The translations under genes and the position numbers were made by a program. A stretch of DNA of 64,000 nucleotides from Nemertoderma westbladi. Lineage: Eukaryota; Animalia; Xenacoelomorpha. The notes below the pieces were generated by a model. It worked only from the letters and a program-made list of their open reading frames with translations. It was not told where the DNA came from and searched no databases. The DNA lies in the NCBI GenBank assembly GCA_032718475.1, contig JAUCBJ010008428.1, positions 53,858 through 117,857 on the forward strand, given 5' to 3'. This document shows, piece after piece, positions 62,265-64,000 of this stretch (position 1 is the stretch's first letter; each line of letters opens with the position of its first letter).

Positions 62265-63250
62265 GATGGTGAAACTGAGTTTTTCTCAATCCTGGCTGGC
62301 GTACTGCAAGGTGACACATTAGCACCATTACTATTTGTAATTGTGCTGGATTACGCAATGAGGACGGCCACAAAGGGTGAAGATCTGGGATTCACACTTC
62401 AAGAATGCAGAAGTAGTAGATATCCGGCAACTAGTCACAGACACCGACTTTGCGGATGACATCGCCCTGCTCTCTAATACGCTAGCAGATGCACAGCTTC
62501 TACTAAATAAAGTGGAGAGGGGTGGTAAGGAGGTTGGATTGCATATAAATGCTACCAAGACCGAATTCATGACCTTTAATGTTGATGGAAACTTGATAAC
62601 CATTGATAATAATCAACTAAGGAAGGTCGATGACTTCCAGTACCTTGGATCATGGATAGAGAGTAGCAAAAAGGACATAGAAGTTAGGAAAGCAAAGGCT
62701 TGGGTAGCTCTATCAAAAATGGATACCATCTGGAAATCAGATCTCTCCAGGCACCTGAAGACTAAGTTCTTTCGAGGCACAGTGGAAAGTGTATTTTTAT
62801 ACGGGGGTGAGACCTGGACACTGACTAAATCACTTGAACAACGAATTGATGGTTGCTACACAAGACTACTAAGGGCAGCCCTAAACATCAGCTGGAGACA
62901 ACACATGACAAACGCCGAGCTTTATGGTACAATACCACCTGTATCAACCACCCTCTGTGAACGCAGATTAAGATTCAGTGGGCACTGCTGGCGAAGTAAA
63001 GACGAGGTCATACCAGATCTACTTCTCTGGCAACCAACTCATGGAAAGCGTAGTCGTGGACGACCTGCCATAACATATATAGTTGAAATTGCTTAACGAA
63101 TTGCTACTGTAGCTGTAATAAATGCCCCCTACTGTACAATATGAATGTCCGTCTGATTTTTCCTACATACTCTAGTGATTTAAATGTATGTACACCTTTG
63201 GTTTTTTGATTTAACGTCTCAACATTAATTGCTTGTACAAAGGTACCGGT

Positions 63251-63312
63251 ACTGCAGTACTGCCAGCTACTGCAGTACTGCCAGCTACTGCAGTACTGCC
63301 GGCTACTGCAGT
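63251..63312. repeat. 18-bp tandem ACTGCAGTACTGCCAGCT (about 3 copies)
   Basis: Seen directly. Confidence 0.8.
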
Positions 63313-63392
63313 AGTGAGTTGAAACTCTGTAATTATCAGATTAATGTAGTTGGTTCGATTTAGTAGTACGATAGAGCTTGTTGTTGTTGCGA

Positions 63393-63428
63393 ACCCTGAG
63401 GATGCCCCGAGGGGCGAAATTAATTGGT
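63393..63428 (+). ncRNA. Minimal type I hammerhead ribozyme motif, Penelope-like
   Basis: ACC-CTGAGGA-T-GCCC-CGAG-GGGC-GAAA-TTAA-TT-GGT: core boxes, 4-bp stem II, palindromic loop 3, 3-bp stem I. Confidence 0.6.
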
Positions 63429-64000
63429 AATTAAATTATATTTTATTGATATTATACATTACTGCATTATATGGGCGTGTAAAACTCCAACTGAAATAGT
63501 TTTTATCATTAAGTTACAACAATAACATATATAGATCAACTTGAAAGGGATACTGCAGTACTGAACTTGAGAGAAACGAAATCGCGACAACTATGGAGTA
63601 TCGGGAAGCCTGGAAGGATCTCATTTCCACTGTCCGAGTTCGCTCGACCTAGTAGTAGTAGTAGGTTAATTCTCTAAATTTGAGATTTACCCCAAATTTG
63701 AATTTCATAGCAGCATAGTCAGACTGTCAGAGACAGACCAGCAGACAGAAGTCATAGTTGGCCTAGTTCAATAGTTATTAGCTTGTTACTGTATTGCAAA
63801 GGTAAAAAAATAAACTGATGTAGGCCTAGTGTCTGAGTGTTGTGAAATATAGGCTAATATTTAAAACATATTCAGTATTAGTTTAAAAAGGCTTATACTT
63901 AAAAAGGCTACTGGTAAGGGTGCAGTGCAGCAGTGGGGTGGTATGATCAGATGGTAGACATATAAAACGAAGTACAGAGCTTAACACTGATGCTAGCGCA

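Larger units (their letters stand above)
57225..63096 (+). mobile_element. 5'-truncated RTE-clade LINE in three pieces (57225-57540, 60640-61121, 62265-63096)
   Basis: Pieces join as ..PAEVWKTG|VLNRP..QVLSPDG|ETEFFSILAGVLQGDTLAP..DTDFADD..YLGS..RLRFSGHCWR. Confidence 0.93.

Overview
Eukaryotic, probably invertebrate animal, repeat-only region; I found no host protein-coding gene. From left to right: (1) 1-2146 is a C-rich array of two interleaved units (21 and 26 bp) sharing a 16-bp core, in aperiodic order, and looks like a non-canonical telomere. (2) 2144-12072 is a minus-strand BEL/Pao LTR retrotransposon with most of pol deleted. It has an upstream ORF and three extra non-env ORFs after pol, and both outer LTR ends are clipped and fused to satellites without a TSD. 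(3) 12073-28448 is a 16-kb 51/53-bp satellite with kb-scale higher-order duplications, built from two subunits homologous to the 21/26-bp units. (4) 28.5-64 kb is a nested transposon graveyard: a foldback element containing MITEs and a Gypsy element (which itself holds a CR1/L2-type LINE, a captured Gypsy 3' end and an IS3EU derivative), RTE LINEs, a MULE with a probable Helitron, two solo LTRs, a hAT, a minisatellite foldback and a Penelope-type minimal hammerhead. The lead hypothesis, which is inference, is a chromosome end where an older repeat array was capped by an unusual BEL element and then healed with a two-unit long telomeric repeat. All coordinates and alignments were read by eye.
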